From Dudresnaya verticillata (taxonomy: Eukaryota), in assembly GCA_977862235.1 (NCBI GenBank), contig OZ374565.1:2480001-2544000 (forward strand): DNA of 64,000 nt. The letters run 5' to 3'. The first letter of the stretch is position 1. Every line of letters begins with the position of its first letter. The notes beneath the pieces were generated by a model. The model was given only the letters and a program-made list of their open reading frames with translations, searched no databases and had not been told where the DNA came from. Made by a program: the position numbers and the translations under genes. Below are positions 20,401 through 31,462 of this stretch, one piece after another.

Positions 20401-22122
20401 CGGTATATGTGTGACCATAGGGATATGCGAGCGACAGATGTCTTCGACCGCCGGCAGAAGCTGCCCTCCTGGACCCCGCGCAACGGGTGGGGTTTGCGCA
20501 GTTGGTACCTCTCGAGTAGCAGGTACCGGTGCAGGAGGCGGCTCCTGGCTGTCCGGGATTCGTCGCGGGGCTGGCAGGATATCGTCCGCTGGCTCGCCGT
20601 CCTCGGGTTGCGTCTCCGTGACCGCGTCCAGAGCAGGAGACTGTGATGGCGCGGCTACAGTTTCTTCACGGCTCGGTGTCGTCAATTGGTTGGACGGGAC
20701 GTGGGAGAACGCCGGAGTGCGAGTAGCGGGACATGCGCTGCAATTCTTGTACCGCATACTGTACATGCCTTCACTGTTCATGCGGGAGCTACAGTGGGTG
20801 GGCATGTACTTGTTGTGAGTCACACAGTACCATACTCCATAGTCCAGGAGCTGCTGCTTGAGAGGCTCGATGTCGGTCCTCGTCGGTGGTCCTCGCCTGC
20901 CAGGAACATGCATCTTCCGCAGGTGCATGAGTAGCGCTTCTACAGTAGGCAGTGAGGACGACTGGCAGCCCAGAGGACAGCTGGTACTGTTTGTCGGGCG
21001 GTGTTTTGCCGAAGGCATAAAGCATGGAGAGAGCCATACCTTCGGCATGTCGGGGTGCTGCTGACCAATCATGGTTACAGCGCTGGGTAAGGTACCTGTA
21101 AAGGTCCTCTACAGTAGGTTCCCACGGGGCACAGACCTCCTAACCGGGACGCAAGCCTGTCGTCCGTCGTCAGTCTGTTCGGGACACCTCCAGAGGGTGC
21201 TACAGGTGGCCTTGCTGCGAGATGAGGGCCTCTTCGCAGCGTAGGGCGCGAGATCGCGCACTTTGCGCACGAGCTCGCGCAAAAGGGCGCGCGTGTTAGC
21301 GTTCGTGCGCGCAGAGTTATCGGACGTTCCCTTCCCTGCCGCAGCTGAGAAGACTCTCTTCACTGCGGTCCTGTAACGCGCGGTACTTCTCGTTTGCACA
21401 AGCTCTCAATGGGGTCGCAGAACCACCGTTTACCTGTGAGTGCCCACAGGATTTTTGGCCTCCCCCGAAGGTTCGCTGGCAGGACGTTCGCTCGATCTTA
21501 GAAGGGGTGGTTTCAAAACAGGATCCACCAGGCTTAAGCCACGTTACCCCAACTTCGACGTTGCTTGGCACGTTTCTGCGATGAGCTTGTGGGTCACGAG
21601 CCGCCTACCACTCAAGGTCGAGGGTCTTTGGCGATTCCCACACTTGTAGGTCTCTCGGCACTTCCCGAAGGAAGATTTTACAGGACAAGCCTGGCCTTTA
21701 CCAATCTGTCAGTTGAAGGGTGTGAAACCCCTCTGTCGACAGTCCACGGCAGCCTAGACAGAGTCTAGGCTGTGCCGGGTACAAGCAAAACGCGTACAGG
21801 GCCAGGGAAAGAAAGATAAGTCAGTGGGGCCCGGGCAAATTTCAAGGTGAGGGATCACCTTAAAAGTAAGCGCAAAATAGGAAACGCGTGACCGTCGGCG
21901 ACGACGGCGGCGGCGACGGCGGCGACGACGACGGCGTCGCGGCGCAGATCGGCGGCGCGGAAAGAGACAAAAGTAGACCGCGCTCGCCCGCCCGCGAAGG
22001 TGAAGGGCTGAAAAACCCCGCACCGACGCGCCGTCGCGCGCTCGAACAGGCGGCACCGCCGCCGAAAAGATCGGTGCAGAACTTGTTGAGATATCCGCGA
22101 AACAAAAATTTCGGCAGATCGC
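17483..22122 (-). mobile_element. Full-length retrotransposon, copy 4
   Basis: Tandem copy bounded by target-derived junctions. Confidence 0.95.
17584..21072 (-). CDS. 1162-aa RT/RLE polyprotein
   Basis: ORF track. Confidence 0.95.
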   Translation of the reverse strand: MIGQQHPDMPKVWLSPCFMPSAKHRPTNSTSCPLGCQSSSLPTVEALLMHLRKMHVPGRRGPPTRTDIEPLKQQLLDYGVWYCVTHNKYMPTHCSSRMNSEGMYSMRYKNCSACPATRTPAFSHVPSNQLTTPSREETVAAPSQSPALDAVTETQPEDGEPADDILPAPRRIPDSQEPPPAPVPATREVPTAQTPPVARGPGGQLLPAVEDICRSHIPMVTHIPSRVRAEVRDALSKTVWAFTNATNSQEATKELTAFLLFPAAVLSNPPAASARASASTSASSIGTFRDRIRRWGLKDYDALWQEALKGSTFREQTAPSAEEQRRINASRALRLAKEGAYSKAAAALDSDGIAPATDSVIQSMKDKHPQSVPQTDADHELDQSEPLPTMPDFVPFTADEVRKAVAKFPRASASGGTGLSPTHLQELLSVPTTHEHTGLLGGLTKMVNVLASGAGPAELSPWIASAPLTALKKRTGGVRPIAVGETIRRLVSSMLMTRVAPKAKAYLEPLQLGVATSGGTEAIVHAVRKLQKSHGHDKSYGLLQVDLKNAFNLVSRKAFMKEVRRHMPELLPWVRYCYDSEGPHLWMGDTLLRSVTGVQQGDPLGPLLFALVLQALIKQLKELTADLRRSGRNQQAEGANNLLLSLFYLDDGVIVAKHAVLRKVLSFFDSEEAKGYGFHLRMDKCTVWWPTAPDPEDCAAYPSDLGQSYGEGTTVLQAPIGTQNYMEESVNGHVESIQPLLDAISGLEDLHVAITLLRNCAGVCRLNYLLRVVPSSATAKGAELFDQKIEACMRKLVGGVLPRDTFRELQLPLRTKEPSFGIGISGAGDMNSSAFLASLSLTRNLLRSILPASVNTALSDDPFAVEAHEDWSAKCHSEDALDLEKIDSDECPRQRDLTRLVLKKVQAELPLGDRRTQAFRASLGVPGAKDWLKCQPAPGMKTYIADRDYRVWLRFYCRIPLLEPDTECPRAGCKKMMDVHGDHLLICPNGMRNSGSPRSWRHDSQVRLLASDLKRATRTPIVEPRPVGAHLDRPDIKALGTEGGTDYLDVTISHPLSSEQRILSCITNPQGTLKNAHADKVRTYRGFIQAAGPGARLVPVPMTTLGGWHPEAHKYMQELADTVASRAMVTRGVSRAALFHRHAARLVQNNVKCLMEGIQQEV

Positions 22123-22138
22123 TGAGTACTGAGGTGAG

Positions 22139-25100
22139 TTCAACTTTATAACAGGTGACCATATTCTAATATTTGTCGACGTACAATCTACTGTAGTATC
22201 ACAACAAAGTTAAACCCCAACTCAAAACAACCTGCACATCTACACCTCCTGTTGGATCCCTTCCATCAGGCACTTGACGTTGTTCTGCACCAGTCGCGCC
22301 GCGTGCCTGTGGAACAGAGCCGCTCGCGAAACACCGCGAGTTACCATGGCCCGAGAAGCCACGGTATCCGCCAACTCTTGCATATACTTGTGCGCCTCCG
22401 GGTGCCAGCCACCTAGTGTGGTCATCGGCACCGGCACAAGCCTTGCCCCCGGTCCGGCAGCCTGGATGAAGCCACGGTAAGTCCGCACCTTGTCAGCGTG
22501 GGCGTTCTTCAGCGTCCCTTGCGGGTTTGTTATGCAGCTGAGAATGCGTTGTTCTGACGACAGTGGATGACTGATTGTGACGTCCAGGTAGTCCGTTCCT
22601 CCTTCTGTTCCAAGCGCCTTGATGTCCGGCCGATCCAAGTGAGCCCCCACCGGGCGGGGCTCCACAATCGGGGTGCGTGTCGCACGTTTCAGATCCGAAG
22701 CCAGCAGACGAACCTGAGAGTCGTGGCGCCACGACCGAGGAGATCCGCTGTTCCGCATGCCGTTCGGACAAATCAGCAGATGGTCGCCGTGAACATCCAT
22801 CATCTTCTTGCACCCGGCCCGAGGACACTCCGTGTCGGGTTCCAGCAGTGGAATCCGACAGTAGAATCGAAGCCATACGCGGTAGTCCCGATCCGCAATG
22901 TACGTCTTCATGCCTGGTGCCGGCTGGCACTTGAGCCAGTCCTTGGCGCCCGGCACGCCAAGGGAAGCTCGGAAAGCTTGCGTCCGCCTGTCCCCGAGCG
23001 GCAGCTCGGCTTGCACTTTCTTCAGAACCAACCGCGTCAAGTCCCGCTGGCGCGGGCACTCGTCGCTGTCGATCTTCTCCAGGTCCAGGGCATCCTCACT
23101 ATGGCACTTGGCGCTCCAGTCTTCGTGCGCTTCTACTGCAAAAGGATCGTCAGAAAGAGCAGTGTTCACAGAAGCGGGTAAGATAGAACGCAGTAAGTTG
23201 CGGGTCAGTGAAAGGGACGCCAAAAACGCGCTCGAGTTCATGTCGCCAGCTCCCGAAATACCGATTCCGAAGCTGGGCTCTTTCGTGCGCAGGGGAAGCT
23301 GAAGTTCGCGGAAGGTGTCCCTCGGTAGGACTCCTCCCACGAGCTTGCGCATGCAAGCCTCAATCTTCTGGTCGAAGAGCTCGGCGCCCTTTGCCGTGGC
23401 GGATGATGGAACTACTCGCAGCAGGTAGTTCAGCCGGCAGACTCCGGCACAGTTGCGGAGTAGAGTGATGGCCACGTGTAGGTCTTCTAGTCCCGAAATT
23501 GCGTCCAGCAGGGGCTGGATGGACTCGACATGGCCATTCACGCTCTCCTCCATGTAGTTCTGCGTTCCAATCGGAGCCTGAAGTACTGTAGTGCCTTCTC
23601 CGTAGCTCTGCCCAAGATCCGACGGGTAGGCAGCGCAGTCTTCTGGGTCGGGTGCAGTAGGCCACCAAACAGTACACTTGTCCATGCGCAGGTGGAAGCC
23701 ATAGCCCTTAGCTTCCTCGGAGTCAAAGAAGGACAGAACCTTCCTGAGTACGGCGTGTTTCGCCACGATGACGCCGTCGTCCAGGTAGAACAGTGACAGC
23801 AGCAAGTTGTTCGCCCCCTCCGCTTGCTGATTGCGGCCCGAGCGCCGCAGGTCGGCGGTGAGTTCCTTCAACTGTTTGATCAGTGCCTGCAGCACCAAAG
23901 CAAACAGTAACGGCCCGAGCGGGTCACCTTGCTGTACACCAGTGACACTCCGCAGTAGAGTGTCACCCATCCACAGGTGCGGGCCCTCAGAGTCATAACA
24001 GTATCTGACCCACGGTAGTAGTTCAGGCATATGTCGGCGGACCTCCTTCATGAATGCTTTGCGGCTGACAAGGTTGAAGGCATTCTTCAAGTCCACTTGT
24101 AGCAACCCGTAGGACTTGTCATGGCCGTGAGACTTCTGCAGCTTCCGGACCGCGTGTACAATGGCTTCTGTGCCGCCCGAGGTTGCGACCCCGAGCTGAA
24201 GCGGTTCGAGGTATGCCTTGGCCTTGGGAGCGACTCTGGTCATGAGCATAGAGCTCACGAGTCGTCGGATTGTCTCTCCTACAGCAATGGGGCGGACACC
24301 GCCGGTGCGCTTCTTCAGAGCCGTGAGAGGAGCGCTGGCAATCCAAGGCGACAGCTCCGCAGGTCCTGCGCCGCTGGCCAGCACGTTGACCATTTTGGTG
24401 AGCCCGCCAAGCAGGCCCGTGTGCTCGTGAGTGGTCGGGACTGAGAGCAGTTCCTGCAGATGCGTCGGTGATAGTCCTGTTCCCCCCGAGGCCGAAGCCC
24501 GGGGGAACTTGGCCACTGCTTTTCGTACTTCGTCGGCTGTGAAAGGCACGAAGTCAGGCATGGTCGGCAGCGGTTCGGACTGGTCAAGCTCGTGGTCCGC
24601 GTCGGTTTGCGGTACGGACTGCGGGTGCTTGTCCTTCATGGACTGTATCACAGAGTCTGTGGCTGGGGCGATTCCATCAGAGTCTAGAGCTGCTGCTGCC
24701 TTACTGTAGGCGCCCTCCTTTGCAAGGCGAAGGGCTCGTGAGGCATTGATACGGCGTTGCTCTTCTGCGGAAGGCGCAGTCTGCTCACGGAATGTCGAGC
24801 CCTTCAAGGCCTCCTGCCATAGGGCGTCGTAATCCTTGAGTCCCCAGCGTCGGATTCGATCGCGGAAGGTGCCGATCGAGGACGCAGAGGTTGACGCGCT
24901 GGCCCTTGCACTCGCCGCGGGAGGATTGGACAAGACGGCTGCTGGAAAAAGCAGGAATGCAGTGAGCTCTTTGGTGGCTTCCTGAGAGTTGGTTGCGTTC
25001 GTAAAAGCCCATACCGTCTTGGACAGTGCGTCGCGCACCTCGGCGCGGACGCGAGACGGTATATGTGTGACCATAGGGATATGCGAGCGACAGATGTCTT

Positions 25101-26777
25101 CGACCGCCGGCAGAAGCTGCCCTCCTGGACCCCGCGCAACGGGTGGGGTTTGCGCAGTTGGTACCTCTCGAGTAGCAGGTACCGGTGCAGGAGGCGGCTC
25201 CTGGCTGTCCGGGATTCGTCGCGGGGCTGGCAGGATATCGTCCGCTGGCTCGCCGTCCTCGGGTTGCGTCTCCGTGACCGCGTCCAGAGCAGGAGACTGT
25301 GATGGCGCGGCTACAGTTTCTTCACGGCTCGGTGTCGTCAATTGGTTGGACGGGACGTGGGAGAACGCCGGAGTGCGAGTAGCGGGACATGCGCTGCAAT
25401 TCTTGTACCGCATACTGTACATGCCTTCACTGTTCATGCGGGAGCTACAGTGGGTGGGCATGTACTTGTTGTGAGTCACACAGTACCATACTCCATAGTC
25501 CAGGAGCTGCTGCTTGAGAGGCTCGATGTCGGTCCTCGTCGGTGGTCCTCGCCTGCCAGGAACATGCATCTTCCGCAGGTGCATGAGTAGCGCTTCTACA
25601 GTAGGCAGTGAGGACGACTGGCAGCCCAGAGGACAGCTGGTACTGTTTGTCGGGCGGTGTTTTGCCGAAGGCATAAAGCATGGAGAGAGCCATACCTTCG
25701 GCATGTCGGGGTGCTGCTGACCAATCATGGTTACAGCGCTGGGTAAGGTACCTGTAAAGGTCCTCTACAGTAGGTTCCCACGGGGCACAGACCTCCTAAC
25801 CGGGACGCAAGCCTGTCGTCCGTCGTCAGTCTGTTCGGGACACCTCCAGAGGGTGCTACAGGTGGCCTTGCTGCGAGATGAGGGCCTCTTCGCAGCGTAG
25901 GGCGCGAGATCGCGCACTTTGCGCACGAGCTCGCGCAAAAGGGCGCGCGTGTTAGCGTTCGTGCGCGCAGAGTTATCGGACGTTCCCTTCCCTGCCGCAG
26001 CTGAGAAGACTCTCTTCACTGCGGTCCTGTAACGCGCGGTACTTCTCGTTTGCACAAGCTCTCAATGGGGTCGCAGAACCACCGTTTACCTGTGAGTGCC
26101 CACAGGATTTTTGGCCTCCCCCGAAGGTTCGCTGGCAGGACGTTCGCTCGATCTTAGAAGGGGTGGTTTCAAAACAGGATCCACCAGGCTTAAGCCACGT
26201 TACCCCAACTTCGACGTTGCTTGGCACGTTTCTGCGATGAGCTTGTGGGTCACGAGCCGCCTACCACTCAAGGTCGAGGGTCTTTGGCGATTCCCACACT
26301 TGTAGGTCTCTCGGCACTTCCCGAAGGAAGATTTTACAGGACAAGCCTGGCCTTTACCAATCTGTCAGTTGAAGGGTGTGAAACCCCTCTGTCGACAGTC
26401 CACGGCAGCCTAGACAGAGTCTAGGCTGTGCCGGGTACAAGCAAAACGCGTACAGGGCCAGGGAAAGAAAGATAAGTCAGTGGGGCCCGGGCAAATTTCA
26501 AGGTGAGGGATCACCTTAAAAGTAAGCGCAAAATAGGAAACGCGTGACCGTCGGCGACGACGGCGGCGGCGACGGCGGCGACGACGACGGCGTCGCGGCG
26601 CAGATCGGCGGCGCGGAAAGAGACAAAAGTAGACCGCGCTCGCCCGCCCGCGAAGGTGAAGGGCTGAAAAACCCCGCACCGACGCGCCGTCGCGCGCTCG
26701 AACAGGCGGCACCGCCGCCGAAAAGATCGGTGCAGAACTTGCTGAGAAATCTCCGAAACAAAAAATTCGGCAGATCG
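22139..26777 (-). mobile_element. Full-length retrotransposon, copy 5
   Basis: Tandem copy flanked by AGTACTGAGGTGAG on both sides. Confidence 0.95.
22240..25728 (-). CDS. 1162-aa RT/RLE polyprotein
   Basis: ORF track. Confidence 0.95.
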   Translation of the reverse strand: MIGQQHPDMPKVWLSPCFMPSAKHRPTNSTSCPLGCQSSSLPTVEALLMHLRKMHVPGRRGPPTRTDIEPLKQQLLDYGVWYCVTHNKYMPTHCSSRMNSEGMYSMRYKNCSACPATRTPAFSHVPSNQLTTPSREETVAAPSQSPALDAVTETQPEDGEPADDILPAPRRIPDSQEPPPAPVPATREVPTAQTPPVARGPGGQLLPAVEDICRSHIPMVTHIPSRVRAEVRDALSKTVWAFTNATNSQEATKELTAFLLFPAAVLSNPPAASARASASTSASSIGTFRDRIRRWGLKDYDALWQEALKGSTFREQTAPSAEEQRRINASRALRLAKEGAYSKAAAALDSDGIAPATDSVIQSMKDKHPQSVPQTDADHELDQSEPLPTMPDFVPFTADEVRKAVAKFPRASASGGTGLSPTHLQELLSVPTTHEHTGLLGGLTKMVNVLASGAGPAELSPWIASAPLTALKKRTGGVRPIAVGETIRRLVSSMLMTRVAPKAKAYLEPLQLGVATSGGTEAIVHAVRKLQKSHGHDKSYGLLQVDLKNAFNLVSRKAFMKEVRRHMPELLPWVRYCYDSEGPHLWMGDTLLRSVTGVQQGDPLGPLLFALVLQALIKQLKELTADLRRSGRNQQAEGANNLLLSLFYLDDGVIVAKHAVLRKVLSFFDSEEAKGYGFHLRMDKCTVWWPTAPDPEDCAAYPSDLGQSYGEGTTVLQAPIGTQNYMEESVNGHVESIQPLLDAISGLEDLHVAITLLRNCAGVCRLNYLLRVVPSSATAKGAELFDQKIEACMRKLVGGVLPRDTFRELQLPLRTKEPSFGIGISGAGDMNSSAFLASLSLTRNLLRSILPASVNTALSDDPFAVEAHEDWSAKCHSEDALDLEKIDSDECPRQRDLTRLVLKKVQAELPLGDRRTQAFRASLGVPGAKDWLKCQPAPGMKTYIADRDYRVWLRFYCRIPLLEPDTECPRAGCKKMMDVHGDHLLICPNGMRNSGSPRSWRHDSQVRLLASDLKRATRTPIVEPRPVGAHLDRPDIKALGTEGGTDYLDVTISHPLSSEQRILSCITNPQGTLKNAHADKVRTYRGFIQAAGPGARLVPVPMTTLGGWHPEAHKYMQELADTVASRAMVTRGVSRAALFHRHAARLVQNNVKCLMEGIQQEV

Positions 26778-26797
26778 GTACTGAGTACTGAGGTGAG

Positions 26798-29700
26798 TTC
26801 AACTTTATAACAGGTGACCATATTCTAATATTTGTCGACGTACAATCTACTGTAGTATCACAACAAAGTTAAACCCCAACTCAAAACAACTTGCACATCT
26901 ACACCTCCTGTTGGATCCCTTCCATCAGGCACTTGACGTTGTTCTGCACCAGTCGCGCCGCGTGCCTGTGGAACAGAGCCGCTCGCGAAACACCGCGAGT
27001 TACCATGGCCCGAGAAGCCACGGTATCCGCCAACTCTTGCATATACTTGTGCGCCTCCGGGTGCCAGCCACCTAGTGTGGTCATCGGCACCGGCACAAGC
27101 CTTGCCCCCGGTCCGGCAGCCTGGATGAAGCCACGGTAAGTCCGCACCTTGTCAGCGTGGGCGTTCTTCAGCGTCCCTTGCGGGTTTGTTATGCAGCTGA
27201 GAATGCGTTGTTCTGACGACAGTGGATGACTGATTGTGACGTCCAGGTAGTCCGTTCCTCCTTCTGTTCCAAGCGCCTTGATGTCCGGCCGATCCAAGTG
27301 AGCCCCCACCGGGCGGGGCTCCACAATCGGGGTGCGTGTCGCACGTTTCAGATCCGAAGCCAGCAGACGAACCTGAGAGTCGTGGCGCCACGACCGAGGA
27401 GATCCGCTGTTCCGCATGCCGTTCGGACAAATCAGCAGATGGTCGCCGTGAACATCCATCATCTTCTTGCACCCGGCCCGAGGACACTCCGTGTCGGGTT
27501 CCAGCAGTGGAATCCGACAGTAGAATCGAAGCCATACGCGGTAGTCCCGATCCGCAATGTACGTCTTCATGCCTGGTGCCGGCTGGCACTTGAGCCAGTC
27601 CTTGGCGCCCGGCACGCCAAGGGAAGCTCGGAAAGCTTGCGTCCGCCTGTCCCCGAGCGGCAGCTCGGCTTGCACTTTCTTCAGAACCAACCGCGTCAAG
27701 TCCCGCTGGCGCGGGCACTCGTCGCTGTCGATCTTCTCCAGGTCCAGGGCATCCTCACTATGGCACTTGGCGCTCCAGTCTTCGTGCGCTTCTACTGCAA
27801 AAGGATCGTCAGAAAGAGCAGTGTTCACAGAAGCGGGTAAGATAGAACGCAGTAAGTTGCGGGTCAGTGAAAGGGACGCCAAAAACGCGCTCGAGTTCAT
27901 GTCGCCAGCTCCCGAAATACCGATTCCGAAGCTGGGCTCTTTCGTGCGCAGGGGAAGCTGAAGTTCGCGGAAGGTGTCCCTCGGTAGGACTCCTCCCACG
28001 AGCTTGCGCATGCAAGCCTCAATCTTCTGGTCGAAGAGCTCGGCGCCCTTTGCCGTGGCGGATGATGGAACTACTCGCAGCAGGTAGTTCAGCCGGCAGA
28101 CTCCGGCACAGTTGCGGAGTAGAGTGATGGCCACGTGTAGGTCTTCTAGTCCCGAAATTGCGTCCAGCAGGGGCTGGATGGACTCGACATGGCCATTCAC
28201 GCTCTCCTCCATGTAGTTCTGCGTTCCAATCGGAGCCTGAAGTACTGTAGTGCCTTCTCCGTAGCTCTGCCCAAGATCCGACGGGTAGGCAGCGCAGTCT
28301 TCTGGGTCGGGTGCAGTAGGCCACCAAACAGTACACTTGTCCATGCGCAGGTGGAAGCCATAGCCCTTAGCTTCCTCGGAGTCAAAGAAGGACAGAACCT
28401 TCCTGAGTACGGCGTGTTTCGCCACGATGACGCCGTCGTCCAGGTAGAACAGTGACAGCAGCAAGTTGTTCGCCCCCTCCGCTTGCTGATTGCGGCCCGA
28501 GCGCCGCAGGTCGGCGGTGAGTTCCTTCAACTGTTTGATCAGTGCCTGCAGCACCAAAGCAAACAGTAACGGCCCGAGCGGGTCACCTTGCTGTACACCA
28601 GTGACACTCCGCAGTAGAGTGTCACCCATCCACAGGTGCGGGCCCTCAGAGTCATAACAGTATCTGACCCACGGTAGTAGTTCAGGCATATGTCGGCGGA
28701 CCTCCTTCATGAATGCTTTGCGGCTGACAAGGTTGAAGGCATTCTTCAAGTCCACTTGTAGCAACCCGTAGGACTTGTCATGGCCGTGAGACTTCTGCAG
28801 CTTCCGGACCGCGTGTACAATGGCTTCTGTGCCGCCCGAGGTTGCGACCCCGAGCTGAAGCGGTTCGAGGTATGCCTTGGCCTTGGGAGCGACTCTGGTC
28901 ATGAGCATAGAGCTCACGAGTCGTCGGATTGTCTCTCCTACAGCAATGGGGCGGACACCGCCGGTGCGCTTCTTCAGAGCCGTGAGAGGAGCGCTGGCAA
29001 TCCAAGGCGACAGCTCCGCAGGTCCTGCGCCGCTGGCCAGCACGTTGACCATTTTGGTGAGCCCGCCAAGCAGGCCCGTGTGCTCGTGAGTGGTCGGGAC
29101 TGAGAGCAGTTCCTGCAGATGGGTCGGTGATAGTCCTGTTCCCCCCGAGGCCGAAGCCCGGGGGAACTTGGCCACTGCTTTTCGTACTTCGTCGGCTGTG
29201 AAAGGCACGAAGTCAGGCATGGTCGGCAGCGGTTCGGACTGGTCAAGCTCGTGGTCCGCGTCGGTTTGCGGTACGGACTGCGGGTGCTTGTCCTTCATGG
29301 ACTGTATCACAGAGTCTGTGGCTGGGGCGATTCCATCAGAGTCTAGAGCTGCTGCTGCCTTACTGTAGGCGCCCTCCTTTGCAAGGCGAAGGGCTCGTGA
29401 GGCATTGATACGGCGTTGCTCTTCTGCGGAAGGCGCAGTCTGCTCACGGAATGTCGAGCCCTTCAAGGCCTCCTGCCATAGGGCGTCGTAATCCTTGAGT
29501 CCCCAGCGTCGGATTCGATCGCGGAAGGTGCCGATCGAGGACGCAGAGGTTGACGCGCTGGCCCTTGCACTCGCGGCGGGAGGATTGGACAAGACGGCTG
29601 CTGGAAAAAGCAGGAATGCAGTGAGCTCTTTGGTGGCTTCCTGAGAGTTGGTTGCGTTCGTAAAAGCCCATACCGTCTTGGACAGTGCGTCGCGCACCTC

Positions 29701-31437
29701 GGCGCGGACGCGAGACGGTATATGTGTGACCATAGGGATATGCGAGCGACAGATGTCTTCGACCGCCGGCAGAAGCTGCCCTCCTGGACCCCGCGCAACG
29801 GGTGGGGTTTGCGCAGTTGGTACCTCTCGAGTAGCAGGTACCGGTGCAGGAGGCGGCTCCTGGCTGTCCGGGATTCGTCGCGGGGCTGGCAGGATATCGT
29901 CCGCTGGCTCGCCGTCCTCGGGTTGCGTCTCCGTGACCGCGTCCAGAGCAGGAGACTGTGATGGCGCGGCTACAGTTTCTTCACGGCTCGGTGTCGTCAA
30001 TTGGTTGGACGGGACGTGGGAGAACGCCGGAGTGCGAGTAGCGGGACATGCGCTGCAATTCTTGTACCGCATACTGTACATGCCTTCACTGTTCATGCGG
30101 GAGCTACAGTGGGTGGGCATGTACTTGTTGTGAGTCACACAGTACCATACTCCATAGTCCAGGAGCTGCTGCTTGAGAGGCTCGATGTCGGTCCTCGTCG
30201 GTGGTCCTCGCCTGCCAGGAACATGCATCTTCCGCAGGTGCATGAGTAGCGCTTCTACAGTAGGCAGTGAGGACGACTGGCAGCCCAGAGGACAGCTGGT
30301 ACTGTTTGTCGGGCGGTGTTTTGCCGAAGGCATAAAGCATGGAGAGAGCCATACCTTCGGCATGTCGGGGTGCTGCTGACCAATCATGGTTACAGCGCTG
30401 GGTAAGGTACCTGTAAAGGTCCTCTACAGTAGGTTCCCACGGGGCACAGACCTCCTAACCGGGACGCAAGCCTGTCGTCCGTCGTCAGTCTGTTCGGGAC
30501 ACCTCCAGAGGGTGCTACAGGTGGCCTTGCTGCGAGATGAGGGCCTCTTCGCAGCGTAGGGCGCGAGATCGCGCACTTTGCGCACGAGCTCGCGCAAAAG
30601 GGCGCGCGTGTTAGCGTTCGTGCGCGCAGAGTTATCGGACGTTCCCTTCCCTGCCGCAGCTGAGAAGACTCTCTTCACTGCGGTCCTGTAACGCGCGGTA
30701 CTTCTCGTTTGCACAAGCTCTCAATGGGGTCGCAGAACCACCGTTTACCTGTGAGTGCCCACAGGATTTTTGGCCTCCCCCGAAGGTTCGCTGGCAGGAC
30801 GTTCGCTCGATCTTAGAAGGGGTGGTTTCAAAACAGGATCCACCAGGCTTAAGCCACGTTACCCCAACTTCGACGTTGCTTGGCACGTTTCTGCGATGAG
30901 CTTGTGGGTCACGAGCCGCCTACCACTCAAGGTCGAGGGTCTTTGGCGATTCCCACACTTGTAGGTCTCTCGGCACTTCCCGAAGGAAGATTTTACAGGA
31001 CAAGCCTGGCCTTTACCAATCTGTCAGTTGAAGGGTGTGAAACCCCTCTGTCGACAGTCCACGGCAGCCTAGACAGAGTCTAGGCTGTGCCGGGTACAAG
31101 CAAAACGCGTACAGGGCCAGGGAAAGAAAGATAAGTCAGTGGGGCCCGGGCAAATTTCAAGGTGAGGGATCACCTTAAAAGTAAGCGCAAAATAGGAAAC
31201 GCGTGACCGTCGGCGACGACGGCGGCGGCGACGGCGGCGACGACGACGGCGTCGCGGCGCAGATCGGCGGCGCGGAAAGAGACAAAAGTAGACCGCGCTC
31301 GCCCGCCCGCGAAGGTGAAGGGCTGAAAAACCCCGCACCGACGCGCCGTCGCGCGCTCGAACAGGCGGCACCGCCGCCGAAAAGATCGGTGCAGAACTTG
31401 CTGAGAAATCTCCGAAACAAAAAATTCGGCAGATCGC
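26798..31437 (-). mobile_element. Full-length retrotransposon, copy 6
   Basis: Tandem copy flanked by AGTACTGAGGTGAG on both sides. Confidence 0.95.
26899..30387 (-). CDS. 1162-aa RT/RLE polyprotein
   Basis: ORF track. Confidence 0.95.
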   Translation of the reverse strand: MIGQQHPDMPKVWLSPCFMPSAKHRPTNSTSCPLGCQSSSLPTVEALLMHLRKMHVPGRRGPPTRTDIEPLKQQLLDYGVWYCVTHNKYMPTHCSSRMNSEGMYSMRYKNCSACPATRTPAFSHVPSNQLTTPSREETVAAPSQSPALDAVTETQPEDGEPADDILPAPRRIPDSQEPPPAPVPATREVPTAQTPPVARGPGGQLLPAVEDICRSHIPMVTHIPSRVRAEVRDALSKTVWAFTNATNSQEATKELTAFLLFPAAVLSNPPAASARASASTSASSIGTFRDRIRRWGLKDYDALWQEALKGSTFREQTAPSAEEQRRINASRALRLAKEGAYSKAAAALDSDGIAPATDSVIQSMKDKHPQSVPQTDADHELDQSEPLPTMPDFVPFTADEVRKAVAKFPRASASGGTGLSPTHLQELLSVPTTHEHTGLLGGLTKMVNVLASGAGPAELSPWIASAPLTALKKRTGGVRPIAVGETIRRLVSSMLMTRVAPKAKAYLEPLQLGVATSGGTEAIVHAVRKLQKSHGHDKSYGLLQVDLKNAFNLVSRKAFMKEVRRHMPELLPWVRYCYDSEGPHLWMGDTLLRSVTGVQQGDPLGPLLFALVLQALIKQLKELTADLRRSGRNQQAEGANNLLLSLFYLDDGVIVAKHAVLRKVLSFFDSEEAKGYGFHLRMDKCTVWWPTAPDPEDCAAYPSDLGQSYGEGTTVLQAPIGTQNYMEESVNGHVESIQPLLDAISGLEDLHVAITLLRNCAGVCRLNYLLRVVPSSATAKGAELFDQKIEACMRKLVGGVLPRDTFRELQLPLRTKEPSFGIGISGAGDMNSSAFLASLSLTRNLLRSILPASVNTALSDDPFAVEAHEDWSAKCHSEDALDLEKIDSDECPRQRDLTRLVLKKVQAELPLGDRRTQAFRASLGVPGAKDWLKCQPAPGMKTYIADRDYRVWLRFYCRIPLLEPDTECPRAGCKKMMDVHGDHLLICPNGMRNSGSPRSWRHDSQVRLLASDLKRATRTPIVEPRPVGAHLDRPDIKALGTEGGTDYLDVTISHPLSSEQRILSCITNPQGTLKNAHADKVRTYRGFIQAAGPGARLVPVPMTTLGGWHPEAHKYMQELADTVASRAMVTRGVSRAALFHRHAARLVQNNVKCLMEGIQQEV

Positions 31438-31462
31438 GAGGGGTTCTCAGTACTGAGGTGAG